From positions 1 through 64,000 of the forward strand of contig NIVC01000986.1 of NCBI GenBank assembly GCA_002269645.1: a DNA stretch of 64,000 nucleotides, given 5' to 3'. The notes under the pieces were generated by a model that did no database searches, was not told the origin of the DNA, and saw only the letters and a list, made by a program, of their open reading frames with translations. A program made the position numbers and the translations under genes. The stretch comes from Macrostomum lignano (Eukaryota). Below are positions 14,073 to 25,642 of the stretch, one piece after another (within the stretch, counting starts at the first letter, position 1; every line of letters begins with the position of its first letter).

Positions 14073-14290
14073 TTGGGTAAAAAAGAAAGTTCTCGCGGTT
14101 TTTGAAGCCTTCTATGAAGTGAAGTACTTGAAGTACGAGTATATGTAATGGTACTTTAGCACTGTAGCTGAAACTTGAATTCGGGTTGCTCTACATCTGT
14201 CAATGGCCTTTTTATACATCTGCACACGTGGCTTCCAGAAATTGTGTAGTCTTTTCTTCACAAACCGTGAGAACTTTCTGTTTTACCCAA
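14073..14290. mobile_element. Mariner-type MITE, 218 bp
   Basis: Imperfect ~35-bp TIRs (TTGGGTAAAAAAGAAAGTTCTCGCGGTTTTTGAAG / reverse complement at 14256-14290) and TA duplication at 14071-72 and 14291-92. The TIR resembles the Hsmar1/MADE1 pattern TTxGGT...AAAGT...GCGGTTTT. Confidence 0.8.
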
Positions 14291-14513
14291 TACTTATAGG
14301 AAGCCATTTGTCCGGAACAGTCCAAGTTCTTCTCAGCGAAATCACGGAAATTCCGAGGATGGAGGCGCGAGGGGCGCCAAACCACACCTCTGGAATGGCG
14401 CCGATTGTCTCAGATATGCCGATAAATTCTTCCGCTGTAGCGTAACAAAGACGCACAGCCGATGGCGGCTTCTTCTGGGACAGCAGCGTCGAAAAACTCG
14501 TCACAGGTAGACT

Positions 14514-15912
14514 TGACTTACTTGACTAAGCTGCAGGGCTGTCCCGGGGGGACACAGCGGGAAGGCGCGAACGCCCATTCGGCTAATCCCTGAACGGCCG
14601 ACGCGTCGCTATGGACGAAGGGTTGGCGCCGCCCAGGGAGGTCCCCCAGTGTCGCCAGCAGCTATAGTGCTCTCTGGAAAGGAGAGTTCAGCCCTGCGGG
14701 TGGCCCGGAGGTAGCGCATGAGCTGATTAAAGTTTTCGGGTTTGCACGTTTCAGTACGAGCTAATAGATGTGTGTGGCCCGAGGTAAGTGAGTCTGGCTC
14801 GCGTAAAGGCGGGACAGATGCTGACGAAATGCTCAGCGGTTTCGTCACCTGAGTTACAGAAACTGCAGATGGCGTTGGTGGCGTGGCCCTGCAGGTACTG
14901 GTGCCTAGAGAAGCAGCCGTGACCTGAGAGGGTCATGGTGGCAGCCCGGATGTCTCTGCGCGAGAGGCGCAAGAGGAGCTTCCGGAGCTGGTGAGAGGGC
15001 TGAGGGACAGCGCCTCTGGATGGCCTGCAGGTAGTGCAGTTTGCCCAAGTCGAGCGGTGCTGAGTTCTGATCCACGCTTTGATGCGCGAGTCGATGACAC
15101 AGCCGGGAATCGGGACAAGGGGTTCGGGACCGAGAGAGGAGCCGGAGGCGCCAACTTTCGCAAGGGCGTCAGCCAACTCATTTCCTCGGATCCCCACATG
15201 CCCCGGAACCCACTTGAGGGTGATTTTGTTGGTGGAGCCCAACATTTTGAGGAGTTTGATACAGTCGAAGACTTTCGCAGAATTGGTGCTGCAGCCACTG
15301 ATGGCGTGCAAGGCAGCTTGGCTGTCCGAATGGAAAATGATGTTCTTACCGGTTAGGCCAGTGGCGAGGAGCTCTGCGATGTAGGAGCTGATGGCGAGAA
15401 CTTCATTTTGGAAGACACCGGAGTTGACCCCAGTGTACTGAGCGTGGGTTGCGATGACCCTCCCGTTCAGGAAGATTCCAACACCAAAAAACGGTGTTGG
15501 CTGACTGCTTAGAACCATCGGTGTAGCAATGAAGCTCACCAGGGTTCCAGTGGTCATTGATGGTATCGCGCGAGTCGATAGCTACGGAGTAGCGTTGTCT
15601 CAGGTTGAGCTTTGAGGCAATGCCGTCGGTGAAGATGCGATTGGCCTGACACTCGTTGAGAAAGTTGAGGCACAGGTCGCTATGCGGGACGAGGTTCCGC
15701 TTAGCAGGTGCCCTCATGTAAAGGAATTTGACACCGGCATCAAGTAAACGCCGGGTCGTTCTAGCCGCCTCACCCCTGACGAAGAGGTCAAGAGGCGGTA
15801 GATTAAGGAAGGCCCCCACGCCGGCAAAGGACGTGGACTTGGTGGCGTTGCAGATGAGCCCACACGCTCTGCCCTGGATCGTGTTGAGAAAATCGGCATG
15901 GCTTTTGATCAG
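14514..15912 (-). mobile_element. 5'-truncated I-group (Loa/R1-like) LINE with RNase H and C-terminal CCHC
   Basis: YTDGSK, VFQNEVLAI, HSDSQAAL, WVPGHVGIRGNELADALAK and CSFCNSGDETAEHFVSICP. 8-bp TSD GGTAGACT at 14506-13 and 15913-20; short repeat tail (TAAGTCAAG). One frameshift separates ORFs 15403-15819 and 14751-15557. Confidence 0.9.
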
Positions 15913-16677
15913 GGTAGACTGCGAGAAAACTTTTCTAGCTTATTATCAGCTGAGCGACCAATTATCTTGTCAATGGCGCTGTCGAGCAGAGTGACATTGA
16001 ACCTGCTTAGAGTCATTTGACTCAGATAGTTGTGGTAGAACGTCGAACTGTACCCGCTTTTTTCCTGACGCGACTCGCCCACCGTTCCGCCCGATGTTGA
16101 ACGTCCGGGACAGCTCGGGGCGCACGCAGACCAGCCGATTATTCATCATGTAGTGCCTCAGGAAGCCGTCGTAATCCGTCTTCGGCCAAACTTTCCTGAC
16201 CTGCAGCCAGTGGCGTCGGTTGATCATCAAGCCTTGATCATCAAGCCTCTTGTCATCGGTTAACTTCAACAGTTTAACGTCCGGAGTCTCGATCTGCTGC
16301 AGGACCTCCTTTGTTTTCTTTTCTGTGCCATCGAGCGATGCCATGATGCGAAATCCGCTATCAGGCTTTTGAGAAACCAACTGTCTCACCAGCTGATGCA
16401 CTTCTGGCCTCTTAGCAGATAGCATGACCACAGCAATCTCCTTGTTCTGTTGGGCATCTGGCGCTCGAACCGACGAGTTCGTTGAGTTCATTTGATGAAG
16501 ACGAACTGAGGAGTTGCTCAAAGACATATTATAACTCCGCATATGACGAAAATAAGTCAGATGTGTTGGTATCTTTGACTTTTGCTTTTCTGTAGTCTAT
16601 AATATTATTTTCCAGGATGCAGCAGACCCAGGGCCAGTAACAAAACCACGATTAAAAGTCTTTGTCTGCGCGTTGCG

Positions 16678-17060
16678 CCGAGAGCCGAGAGCCGAGAGCC
16701 GAGAGCCGAGAGCCGAGAGCCGAGAGCCGAGAGCCGAGAGCCGAGAGCCGAGAGCCGAGAGCCGAGAGCCGAGAGCCGAGAGCCGAGAGCCGAGAGCCGA
16801 GAGCCGAGAGCCGAGAGCCGAGAGCCGAGAGCCGAGAGCCGAGAGCCGAGAGCCGAGAGCCGAGAGCCGAGAGCCGAGAGCCGAGAGCCGAGAGCCGAGA
16901 GCCGAGAGCCGAGAGCCGAGAGCCGAGAGCCGAGAGCCGAGAGCCGAGAGCCGAGAGCCGAGAGCCGAGAGCCGAGAGCCGAGAGCCGAGAGCCGAGAGC
17001 CGAGAGCCGAGAGCCGAGAGCCGAGAGCCGAGAGCCGAGAGCCGAGAGCCGAGAGCCGAG
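16678..17060. repeat. (GAGAGCC)n heptamer array, ~54 copies
   Basis: Perfect 7-bp repeat; 126 codons of RLSALGS in ORF 16597-17106 equals 378 nt. Confidence 0.98.
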
Positions 17061-18054
17061 CGAAGGATGCTATTTTTCTACAAAATCGAATTAAAGAAAG
17101 AAGCATCGATCGCAGCGAATTTTTTTACTCAAGTGGCCCTGAGTAGCTGAGGTTGCCAGCGCGTAGGGAAGTCTGATGGTCTCTTTTGCCTTAGAGTTTC
17201 GCTGACTCACGCACTAATGATGCTTACGAAGGCTAGGTGCTAAAGATGCTCACTGAAAATGCCGCAAGAAAGTGCTATATAGGCATAGAACAGTTTATGT
17301 TTTTTATGCACCAGTAACTGGTGTATAGGGTTTAGAAACCCACAAGAATCGGCCACATAAAAAGAAGCCAAATTGAAAGAACGCCAAGCATGGTGAGGTT
17401 AATTAGTTCAAAAAGTAAAAGTGAAGATAAGGTACCCAAATGGAGCGATTCTAGAGAGGTCAGTAGGGGAGGCATAAGCATGATAAGAGTATTACGGCCT
17501 CAATCCAATCCAGATAGCCGGCAAAGCGAGAAAACCTCAACGCCAGCCGACGTGCCGCATTTTGGGTGTCAAAATAAAAACTGCTGAGTTCGGCCCACAG
17601 TGCACTCAGTGGGCGGCGCATTGCATTCGTTTTCTGCCATCGCAAACGAACCCCTTGATTGAAATCCACAAAGTTAAATTTCGATTTTGGCCATTCCCAC
17701 CGCATTCATACTCCTTCTGCGAGCTATGATCTCACTGAAGAACTGAAGAAAAAGATTTATAAAAAGCTTTAAAAGTACAATTGGAGCAAAGGATGCAGGA
17801 AGGGAATTGTTACTGAGGCAAATTTTGGAAATGCAAATGGAAATTTTCTTCCTGAAAAAAACATGCTTGAAAAATCTATTCATGAGCAGTTTGTTCTCTG
17901 TAGTCTTGAGCCATGAATAATAACTTCTTTGTGAGAATGCCACACAGACAAGGCCCGTTTGCATTTCATGTTCAACCGTTTGCATTTATGAAACACGCGA
18001 ACACTAATGTACTTGGACTGGCACTCGCGAATCGAGAAGTATCTAATTTTATAA

Positions 18055-18158
18055 ATGTGAGATCTTCGTGTTGGTTCAACTGGGGTCTTCAGCATCAGAG
18101 CGCTGACCCCCAAATTTAAGGCAGACGAGCAATCTACCATATGGTTTGTTCATCCATA
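18055..18158 (-). mobile_element. Internally deleted copy of the THAP/P-like element at 19154
   Basis: The reverse complement matches 19154-19205 and then jumps to 19684-19720 (GATGCTGAAGACCC.AGTTGAACCAACACG.AGATCTC), skipping the THAP ORF. Confidence 0.7.
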
Positions 18159-18567
18159 GGGGTAGCGCTAGAGGACATTGGTAACAGTACCTTCAGCCTT
18201 GGCCCTCTTGTTTGAATCGCAATTCACTTCCAGACCAGCCATCTTCTGAAGAGAATACATGTACATGTAAGTCCTTGTATGACTGTATGCTACTTATCGC
18301 TCTGTTGTTTATATTTATTATTTTGTGTTTTTCTCATAAATTTAATACGAGGTAGATATCTGTCATAAAATTGCATGCAAAAGTTTCTATAAAATGATAG
18401 TACTGACCGCTATGTATACGTACAATACACCAATAATGATGGGCTGCACAGGACAGAAACAATTGCTATAAATAACGTTTGGGGGGCGACGAGCCCCCCA
18501 CTAGCCCCGCTTGCCCCCCCCCCCCAAACCCCGTGTTAGCTCATTTCTACCCTCTGCAGCCCATCGA

Positions 18568-18997
18568 TAATATAGCATTTTCCAAGCCAATTGAGCCTAG
18601 GAGCAATCAATTTAATCCTTATTGGGAGAAGCTATTGAAGACTTGCTTTTCATTGTCTATGGCCCAAAAGGGGGTCTATGGAGCAACCAATTTGAGAATC
18701 TAGGCGCGCAATTTCACAGCGCTCGTATATCTTTCACGGATAACTTCACTAAAATAACGTCTGCCGTCTGTCATATCTATGTTTGTCTAATGAAGTCTAC
18801 TATTTTCTATGGTCTAAGGCTTGCAAAACTGTGGAAAGGATTAATTGCGTGCCCAGATTCTCAAATTGGTTGCTCCATAGACCCCCCTTTCAGGCCATAG
18901 ACAATGAAAAGCAAGTCTTCAACAGCTTGATTTTCCCACTAAGGATTAAATTGCTTGCTCCTTAGGCTCAATTGGCTTGAAAAATGCCATAGTGTTA
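18568..18997. mobile_element. Fold-back MITE (~430 bp, ~145-bp inverted arms), related to the Tc1/IS630-like element at 52089
   Basis: 18571-18713 is the imperfect reverse complement of 18843-18990. The terminal TAATATAGCATTTTCCAAGCC resembles TAACATAGCTTTTTGCAGCC at 52089; TA follows the right end. Confidence 0.75.
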
Positions 18998-19370
18998 TAC
19001 GAGCTAGTTAGTGGGCGAGAAACTGCGTTTCACGGCACGCTAAGACTGTCTATGGTAAAATCCCATTTAATCCAATGCATTCAGCCGGTTTCACGGCCCG
19101 CTGAAAATGTTCATGGCAACGTCAGAAGAAAGCGGGGTCAGGGGGCGCTGAGCCATGGATGAATAAAACCATGGATTGCTCGACTGCCTTAAATTTAGGG
19201 GTGCAATTTTGCCTCGCGAAGCCCCCGTTCGCACCGATTGGCTACTCGAAGATTTCTTAGTTGTCTATGGTAAAAACGTTGTAAGCTGCAGTGCTGATTC
19301 ATAGTAAACCCTTCCTGAGAGCTGTCGAATTCTCGAGTCCATATTTCCTCAGTCAAGCAGTGGCCTGCAG

Positions 19371-19790
19371 ATGGCTGCAAGGATTAAAAGAAGCTGTTCA
19401 GCCAAATCGTGCACATCAAATTCGAAAACTTTAAACAACTGCGATGGCCTGTCTTTATTTGCATATCCTGTCAAAGATGAACAGAGGCTGGCTATTTGGC
19501 TAGACAACGTTGAAACAGATCGAGGATTCGCACCGACATCTAACAAGTACCTGTGTGAGCTCCATTTCAAGAACGAAGATTTTCTCACTTTGACACAGGG
19601 TAGCCAATCTCCTGGTAAGAGTAGAAAAAGATTGAGACCGGGAGCGGTTCCGAAATACGAATGTCCCGATCCTCCGGTCCTGCAGCGCTTTGATGCTGAA
19701 GACCCAGTTGAACCAACACGGAGATCTCGCATTGGTAAACGAAGCTTGAAACCTGATTCAAGCAAAAGAAGCCTTATTCCATCGAGATAG
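19371..19790 (+). CDS. THAP zinc-finger domain, N-terminus of a truncated P-like DNA transposase (element begins ~19154)
   Basis: CSAKSC...LFAYP...RLAIW...YLCELHF...LRPGAVP is the THAP C2CH signature. The upstream CATGGATGAATAAAACCATG resembles the P-element terminus CATGATGAAATAACAT. Confidence 0.8.
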   Translation: MAARIKRSCSAKSCTSNSKTLNNCDGLSLFAYPVKDEQRLAIWLDNVETDRGFAPTSNKYLCELHFKNEDFLTLTQGSQSPGKSRKRLRPGAVPKYECPDPPVLQRFDAEDPVEPTRRSRIGKRSLKPDSSKRSLIPSR

Positions 19791-19869
19791 CGCTTCTACA
19801 AAATATTTCTAAAAGCCAAGTCTTAGGCATTTGCCTCTGCAGTGGTAATCAAACAACTGAAGAGAAGTG

Positions 19870-22800
19870 GACGGGTGAAGGAAATGCTTCGATCCAACCC
19901 GAGCAAGCGTCAACCACAATTAGCAGATTTCCTGCTTCTTGTACGAATGCCCAGTCAATGTGGACCCTCTGGAATGGTCTTGCTGCGGGTGGCCAGTGAT
20001 CCCTCATTTTCAATAGGCGTGGCCGCAGTCGATTGCAGACGGAACACTGGTGTACGAAACTGCTCGACGTCCTTCTGCATGCCGGGCCACCAGCACGATA
20101 GCGAAAGAAGGCTATAGGCTGCAGCCACACCTGAGTGGGTGTCGCGGATGGCATTAAAGGCCTCTCTCCGAAGACGCAGAGGAATAAAAACTCGTCGACG
20201 CATGTACAGTAGTCCGTTCTCGAGCGTCAGGCACTCCGAAATCTTCTTGAAAGGTAACTCAGCTTATGAACAGCCTTTCCAATCACCTGAGCGAATTCGG
20301 CTCAAAATTCTCGGCATGAGGGGATCGCGAGCCAACTCTGAAGCAATGCGGGTGGAGAAGATAGTCGAAGTTTCAAAGATGACGCAGTTGATTGCCTAAG
20401 CTGTTTCGGGGGGTTCTTCGTCTTGCTTGCCGTTCAGAAAAGACAGCCGAGACAGAGCGTCGGCATGAGGAATTTTTGAGCCTGGGATGTATTTGAGTTC
20501 AAAATTAAACTGCATTAGCGAAAGTGCCCATCTACTTATTCTCGCCGAGGTGCCGGTAGGAATGCTGCCACCATAGAGCCGGAGCAGCGGCTGATGGTCA
20601 GTGTGGATCTCAAACTTTCGACCTTGTAGGTAATGCTTTAGACGAGAGACAGCCCAGACAATGGCTAGAGCCTCTCTTTCAATATTGGAGTAATTTTCCT
20701 CTGCCTTCGATAGAGTCCTGGAAATATAAATCACAGGGTGACCCTCCTGAGTCAGGACGCCGGCAAGAGCCCCTTTAGATGCATCAGTGGTCAAAGTGGC
20801 TTCCTTATCAAGACTGTATGGCTGAACAACCGGCCGAGAAGAGAGCTCCTTTTTAAGTTGGTCAAATGCCCGTTGGCATTCGTCGGTCCACACGAAGGCG
20901 GCACCTGACTTACGCAGCTTGTTAAGGGGAGCGACCTTTGATGAGAACTCTGGAATCAGGCGCCCAAAGAAGTTAACAAGTCCGAGAAACTGCTCATTCT
21001 CCTTTTTGGATGTCGGCGGAGCAATTTGGCGCACTTTCTTAACCAACCGATCGTCTGGCCAGATGCCAGCGGCTGAAACCTTGAAGCCAAGGAAAGAGAT
21101 CTCGTCGCTCATATTGATGCATTTGCTTTCATTGATCGTAACTTTCTTTTCCAGCAGCCGAGTCTTGACAGCCTTAAGACGCTTGTCCAAGGTGGCAGAA
21201 TTTTCAGCGAAAACTAAAACGTCGTCCTGGTAAATCAAGATGCCTTTGAGATCGGCCAAAATGCTCTCCATCGCTCTTTGAAATATATAGGAGGCATTTT
21301 TCATCCCCATTTGAAGACGCGTGGCGCGATATAGGTCCCGGGATGTGTTGATGTTGGACAATTCCTGTGCCTCCTTATCCAGAGCGATTTGCTAATATGC
21401 CGATCTCAGATCTATCTTTGCAAACTTTATTGCATTTTTTAGTTCGGAGAACAGGTGCTCGATTGACGGTATAGAGTAAGACTCTGACTTGATCTTTCCG
21501 TTTATATGTACTTTATCACCCAAACTACCGGCGAATCGTTACTCACAGGACCTTCGATAGTCTCGATGATGCCCAGCTGTTGTAGCCGGTCGAGCTCCGC
21601 GTTAATCTTCTCCTCCAGCGCAAGTGGCACAGGCCGAGCTCTGCAGAACCGGGTTGCGCTCCGTCAATCAGCTCCATCCGCGCAGTGATGCCTTTGATGG
21701 TAGGCAGGGGCTCCACAGAAGGCAAAGACGATTTCGAATTTGTATGAAAAGCTGCGTCTGCATCAAGCAGGTTTCGTCCTAGGAGACCAAAAGGCTTCTC
21801 CGCAGGTTGCAGCCGGCCTCTCATTTCGATGGTCGCGGAAAGCTTCCCGAGTGTTTTCATTGTGTGTCCGTCATAGGCCTCGAGCTTGCGATGACATGCA
21901 GTAAGAACAGGACAATTGAGAGACTTCCAGATTTTGCTTGAAAGCACGGAGACGGAAGCCCCAGTGTCGAGCTGCATGGGCACTTTAGTACCATTGACTA
22001 CGATGTCCTCCGATGCTTCAGCTATAGCGTGAACGCTGTTCGTGTCCGTAAGGTGAAGAACTTCGGATTTATTGTCATCACAGGCCTCATCAGGTCGGAC
22101 ATCCGAGTGATGCACTGGTTTCACCCCAGCCGAGCGGCAAACTGAGGCAAAATGATTGCGCTTTCCGCATTTTGAGCAGCTTTTGCCGTAAGCCGGGCAT
22201 TTGCCGAACGGATGAGACTTGCCACAAAACTTACAGTTTCTCGCAATAGAGTTGCCTCCAGGTGCTCGACTCTCTTTGGCATAATGAAAAAGATCACCAT
22301 CTACCTGGGACTGCTGCATCTTCGCCGCAGCTCTCTCGTGTTGAACAAACGACGATACCTGCTCAATGTTCCTAACGAGGTCGACAATATCCGAGATTGG
22401 CAGTTCCTTCGTTTGCCTTTGTCCTTCTTCGCCAGACACGCCAGTCGAGGTCTGAATTGCACCCAGCACGCGCCTCTGAACTTCTGGATTGCTGATTCCC
22501 GCAATGAGCGCCAATATCACCATCTCGTCCTCCGGGCTTGTGCAAGTCTTCAGGTTGTCAAAGGCGCAGCGAGAGGCTGCCTTGCGCAGGCGGGATAGAA
22601 AATCCGTGATGGACTCACCAGCTGCCTGGCGCAGGCGGGATAGAAAATCCGTGATGGACTCACCAGCTGCCTGGCGCAGGCGGGATAGAAAATCCGTGAT
22701 GGACTCACCAGCTGCCTGGCGCAGGCGGGATAGAAAATCCGTGATGGACTCACCAGCTGCCTTGCGCAGGCGGGATAGAAAATCCGTGATGGACTCACCA

Positions 22801-23390
22801 GCTGCCTTGCGCAGGCGGGATAGAAAATCCGTGATGGACTCACCAGCTGCCTGGCGCAGGCGGGATAGAAAATCCGTGATGGACTCACCAGCTGCCTTGC
22901 GCAGGCGGGATAGAAAATCCGTGATGGACTCACCAGCTGCCTGGCGAAGGCCAAAGAACCTCGTGCGCTCAGCTATCATTATAAAAGACTTCTTGGGCTT
23001 TAAATAGTTTATCGCAGTTTCAATCTCTTGGAATAGCAGCGTCTCGATTTCCTTCGGCGCAACAATATGAGTCAGCTTCTCAAGTGTGTCCAGTCCACAC
23101 AAGGCCAGAAAGTTGTCGGCAATCGTTTTAGACGATTCTGAATCTTCCCACTTCTTCGAGCGAGCAAGAGCTTTGAAAGCTTTCAGCCAGCTTAAGGCGC
23201 GGTCTGCCTCCGCGAGATTTAAGGTGTCGAGCCGCGACGCCATTGTGATGACTCGCTTGAAGCAATTACATGCGGTGAAGCCAGCTAGGGACGAGCCCAG
23301 AATTCAGATTTATTTCAATAAAGCCAAAAAGTTGTCTCACACTCCTGACTACTAACTTGGGTACTTTTAATCGCTGCAATACTTTAGCAC
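19870..23390 (-). mobile_element. Ty3/Gypsy (Mag-like) LTR retrotransposon, 3'-truncated in integrase and decayed
   Basis: Gag from 23243 with zinc knuckle CSKCGKRNHFASVC; protease LDTGASVS; RT DLRSAY*Q and YQDDVLV; RNase H TDAS...NYSNIEREALA; integrase H..H..C..C and RVHIDW...VVDACSGW, cut at ~19870. PBS-like TGGCGTCGCGG directly follows ...CATCACA; AATAAA at ~23311-16 on -. The outer LTR boundary is uncertain. Confidence 0.92.
22583..22943 (-). repeat. 8 x 45-bp in-frame tandem repeat inside gag ([Q/K]AAGESITDFLSRLR)
   Basis: Units start every 45 bp from 22581 to 22896 on +; order in coding sense is Q,K,Q,K,K,Q,Q,Q. Confidence 0.95.
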
Positions 23391-24223
23391 ATAGACAGAA
23401 TTACGAAAACATACGATTGTAGAAACGCAAACAGAAACAATAGCATAGCCGATCTATGTCAATTTTTATTTTCACCAAAAGATGAACAAGGTGTGAAAGT
23501 TTAAAAAAGAACGAAGAAATACCCAGAAATTACCTATGCGTTTCTAAAGTGTGGAAGCAACGAGGAAGTAGCAAGGATAGCAACAACAAGAATAATAATG
23601 TCATGAATGTGTTATTACGACTTAAGTGCAATATTCTCGCTCTCGCTATTCTTCTTTTTTACATTTTTTAATGTCGGCTGTTCCTAATCTTTAAGAAGTC
23701 CGTTCCAGGAATCGTTCCTTGGATTATTGTACAATTGTACAATGAAGACAACTACGAACTCAAAACTGAATATCTGTTCTTGTGTCTTTCCGTCAATTGC
23801 TTTCATTTGCCATGGAAATTTACTATTAATTCTTCGCTCTCATGCATGTCTCTCTACCTTCTCGCTGCCACTCTTAGGTCGCAAAAAGCCCCACTGCATA
23901 CTCCGAACCCTGTTGAACTGCAGTCTACAAAGGGTTTCTATTTTTATGGATGAGACTCAAAGGTTGCAGTTGCAGCACCCCTCCCTACTCCAAACTGTGC
24001 ATACGCTTAACAATAGGAGCCAAGGAGCCGCAGCACCACAGGCGGTCTTAAGGCAAAGCATACTGACCAGACCCTGCATACGCTCAGCAATGAGCGCGAG
24101 AGAAGGCAATAAAGTTTCGCTCCGAGCCGAGAACGCCACCAGCGCATTGGCACTGCATAGAATTTTTGCATTTCGCACTCAGGTTTCAGCCAGGGTAGAG
24201 CAGCAATTGACCCGGCAATCTCA

Positions 24224-25642
24224 ATGGACTCGACACCGTTCGGTCTACGAGTTTCAAAATTCAGTTTGCTGCTACGCCAGGGTCTACGGCGTCTTTCGTA
24301 TAGAAAAAAACTTGGCCTCGTCTTGATGTTTGTCATCTTGACTGTCCTTGGATTTCTAGTTCCTTTTCTGGTTCTGCAAAGCCACATAAAAAAGACAGAA
24401 AATCCAAAGCCGAAAGAGACTGAAGAACCGGACGATAATTTGCCAGAGTTTCAGGAGCCTGATTTTTTTCGGCTGAATTCAATGAACGCAACGGATGAAC
24501 CCCCCGAGCAAAACCAAGGCAGAGACATCGCTGTGGTGGTGCTGGCCGCAAGGAGACCAGAAGTGCATCAGCTGGTCAACCAGCTGCTTGCTCAGAAGCC
24601 GGCGAGCGGGTTCCGCATCCTGATGTCGCTGGATGGAGCAGAAAAGCAAACAACTGCTGTGCTGCAGCAGATAAAATCCAATGAGGTCAAACTGTTACGC
24701 TTAGCCGATGACAAAAGTCGCAACTTTACTGCGTCAAACGATAGCTACGTGAAGATTGCGCGGCATTACCTGCGCGTGTTGGACTACCTGATACTGAGGC
24801 TGAACTTCTCCTATGTCATACTGATGGAGGACGACATGCTGATTGCGCCGGACTTCTACCAGTATTTTCGCTCACTGCGAAGAGCGCTCGACTCCGACGA
24901 CAGCATCTTCTGCGTGTCCGCGTGGAACGACAACGGCCAGATTGGCCTCGTGACCGAGGACCCGCAGCTGCTGCACCGGACTGACTTCTTCCCTGGACTC
25001 GGCTGGATGATCAACCGGCGCCACTGGCTGCAGGTCAGGAAATTCTGGCCGAAGACGCAATACGACGACTTTCTGAGGCACTACATGATGAATAACAGCC
25101 TCGTCTGCGTGCGTCCCGAGCTGTCCCGGACGTTCAACATCGGCCGGAACGGTGGCCGAAGCAGCGAGCCCGGAAAGAGCTACGCGTACGGCGACATTTT
25201 CTACCACAACTACCTGAGCCGGATGGCGCTGAACACGTTCAATGTCACTCTGACCAAGAGCGCCATCGACAAAGTGATCGGTCGCTCAGCTGACCACGAC
25301 CTGGACAAGTTTGCTCGAAGTCTGCCGGCTATGAACGTATCGCAGCTGTTGTCGATGCCGGTCCAGGAGTTACCGCCGGCGGTTCGCCTTCGCTACGCAA
25401 CAGTGAATGACTTTATCGAGCTGGCGCTGAGCATCGGCGCCATCCCGGAGGTGTGGTTTGGCGCTCCGCGGGCCTCGATCCTCGGCATCTCCATGGTGTC
25501 AGTGCGCGGCAGCCGAGTGTTCATTGTTCCGGATAAAAGACTGCCTGTTCGAAAAAAGATCTACATACCGCGGATGAAGCCGAAGCCGAAGCCGAAGCCG
25601 GAGCCAAATCCGGCTCCCTCGCGTCGTTTTTGGTTCTTCTGA
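24224..25642 (+). CDS. MGAT1: Alpha-1,3-mannosyl-glycoprotein 2-beta-N-acetylglucosaminyltransferase (GnT-I, GT13), single exon, 472 aa
   Basis: Type II anchor LGLVLMFVILTVLGFLVPFLVL; YVKIARHY, ILMEDDMLIAPDFYQYF, CVSAWNDNG, RTDFFPGLGWM, YDDFLR, RPELSRTFNIG. Confidence 0.93.
   Translation: MDSTPFGLRVSKFSLLLRQGLRRLSYRKKLGLVLMFVILTVLGFLVPFLVLQSHIKKTENPKPKETEEPDDNLPEFQEPDFFRLNSMNATDEPPEQNQGRDIAVVVLAARRPEVHQLVNQLLAQKPASGFRILMSLDGAEKQTTAVLQQIKSNEVKLLRLADDKSRNFTASNDSYVKIARHYLRVLDYLILRLNFSYVILMEDDMLIAPDFYQYFRSLRRALDSDDSIFCVSAWNDNGQIGLVTEDPQLLHRTDFFPGLGWMINRRHWLQVRKFWPKTQYDDFLRHYMMNNSLVCVRPELSRTFNIGRNGGRSSEPGKSYAYGDIFYHNYLSRMALNTFNVTLTKSAIDKVIGRSADHDLDKFARSLPAMNVSQLLSMPVQELPPAVRLRYATVNDFIELALSIGAIPEVWFGAPRASILGISMVSVRGSRVFIVPDKRLPVRKKIYIPRMKPKPKPKPEPNPAPSRRFWFF

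Larger units (their letters stand above)
14030..17106 (-). pseudogene. MGAT1/GnT-I-like paralogue, disrupted
   Basis: Segments match the intact gene at 24224: IAVVMLSAKRPEVHQLV..., MINRRHWLQVRKVWPKTDYDGFLRHYMMNN.LVCVRPELSRTFNIGRNGG, FYHNYLSQM...RSLP, IGAIPEVWFGAPRASILGIS. Lesions: heptamer expansion, TAA after the TM segment, loss of ~110 aa including EDD, a frameshift, a LINE insertion and a MITE insertion. Confidence 0.9.

Noticed and set aside
16662-17150. AESREPR / RLSALGS ORFs
   Set aside because: Translation artefacts of the heptamer array.
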